Source: Podarcis melisellensis (Eukaryota). Taken from it: a stretch of DNA of 64,000 nt. This document shows, piece after piece, positions 62,841-64,000 of this stretch; the first letter of the stretch is position 1, and the number at the start of each line of letters is the position of its first letter. The DNA lies in the NCBI GenBank assembly GCA_964234715.1, contig OZ174281.1, one strand, 5' to 3'. Made by a program: the position numbers and the translations under genes. The notes under the pieces are model-generated. The model searched no databases. It worked only from the letters and a program-made list of their open reading frames with translations, and had not been told where the DNA came from.

Positions 62841-64000
62841 AATCACTTCAGTTAAGGTCTGCAAAAAAAGGAAGGCAAAATACCAGAGGAACAAACGTGT
62901 ATCTTCAGACAGAAAATTGTTGTATCCAGGAAGTACAGCAGAACTGGAGTCAGAACTACTACTGCCGACCCATTTTGCCTTCCCTTTGCCTTGTCTACAG
63001 GACTCAAAATGACCCTGACAAACCATCCATGGTCTCCTTGGGCTTCCTTCCTGGTCTGAGTCCGCCTAAATCATGGATGGGCAACTTGTGGTCCTCCAGA
63101 GGTTGATGGAATCCAGTTCACATCAGCCCCAGTCAGCAGGCAGGAGTGGAGGAGGCTGTAGTCTTCCAACATCAGGATGGCCACAGGTTCCACACCCCTG
63201 ACTTAAAAGACTCCAACCAAACGTGTGGCCAGTCCTACTCCAAAAGACACATTAGGTTGTAGCGAACTAAATTCTAATCAAAGTAGACCTATTGAGATTG
63301 ATGGGCATGACTAACTTACATCTATTAATTTCATTGGGTCTACTCAAGAGTATAATTTTATTGACCACAACCCATGGATTCTACAGTATCCCCAAGCTCC
63401 CTATTCCGGCACTCGTCCCACACTTTCTTCCCCCCATTTCATCCATGCACATACAGAATGCAGAATTTCTTCCTAAAACTCAAACACTGTGTATTGCAGA
63501 ATGTCTGTTGTGCTGGTGTTAGCAATTCTTCAAAGAAGGAGGCACCCGTGCGCTCGGAAGCTATCTCTGCTCAATGCATCTGGCACACACACCAGTGTCA
63601 TTTCCTCTGCATCCTTCCTGTTGCTTGCAAAACTGCATGTTGCTATTTTAATGACTCAAAAATGCCATCTGTGCCCTGTTCTTCACTAGTCTATATCTTG
63701 ACCCAAAGGACTGAACACACAGGAATATTTTTCCTTCCCCTTTTGCTTTTGCACTTTCAAAACAAAGCAAAACGGCATATTAAAGGTGTTAATAAACCTA
63801 CAGTGGAGATAAACCACTCATGTCTGCATATTGTCTATTTTGAGAGGGTGAATGGTGATGACATCAGGCTTTATTCCTTGTTTTAGCTAGATCCGGGGAT
63901 GGAGATTTCCATGAATGATTGTCTAAAATCAATGGTGGGGTGGATGAGGTTGAATAAACCAGGGAGTTGATGATAGTTCATGGGTGAACTGGCAATGAAT

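Overview
Eukaryotic, repeat-rich vertebrate DNA. The repeat content (Sauria SINEs, BovB, CR1, L2, L1, Tigger-like and hAT MITEs) points to a squamate, probably a lacertid lizard. The window appears to be the 5' part of an unidentified minus-strand gene: a CpG island at about 60.7-62.35 kb, long introns, and a few short phase-compatible exon candidates (33180-33088, 21203-21110, 4554-4428). The most informative structure is a young Penelope-like retroelement (PLE, Penelope/Poseidon type: RT with YVDD plus GIY-YIG endonuclease) at 5242-7484, inserted at (TA)n inside a hAT MITE. Its inverted pseudo-LTRs each carry a minimal type I hammerhead ribozyme. The element also has an internal RT inversion, an inverted copy of target DNA, and a second fold-back whose turn lies at the predicted ribozyme cleavage site. 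Two more ORF-less hammerhead fold-back PLE relics occur at 17921-18157 (14-bp TSD) and about 10.25-10.5 kb. Hammerhead-bearing PLEs are a known class; what may be new is the mechanistic footprint preserved here. All calls are by eye, and no database searches were run.
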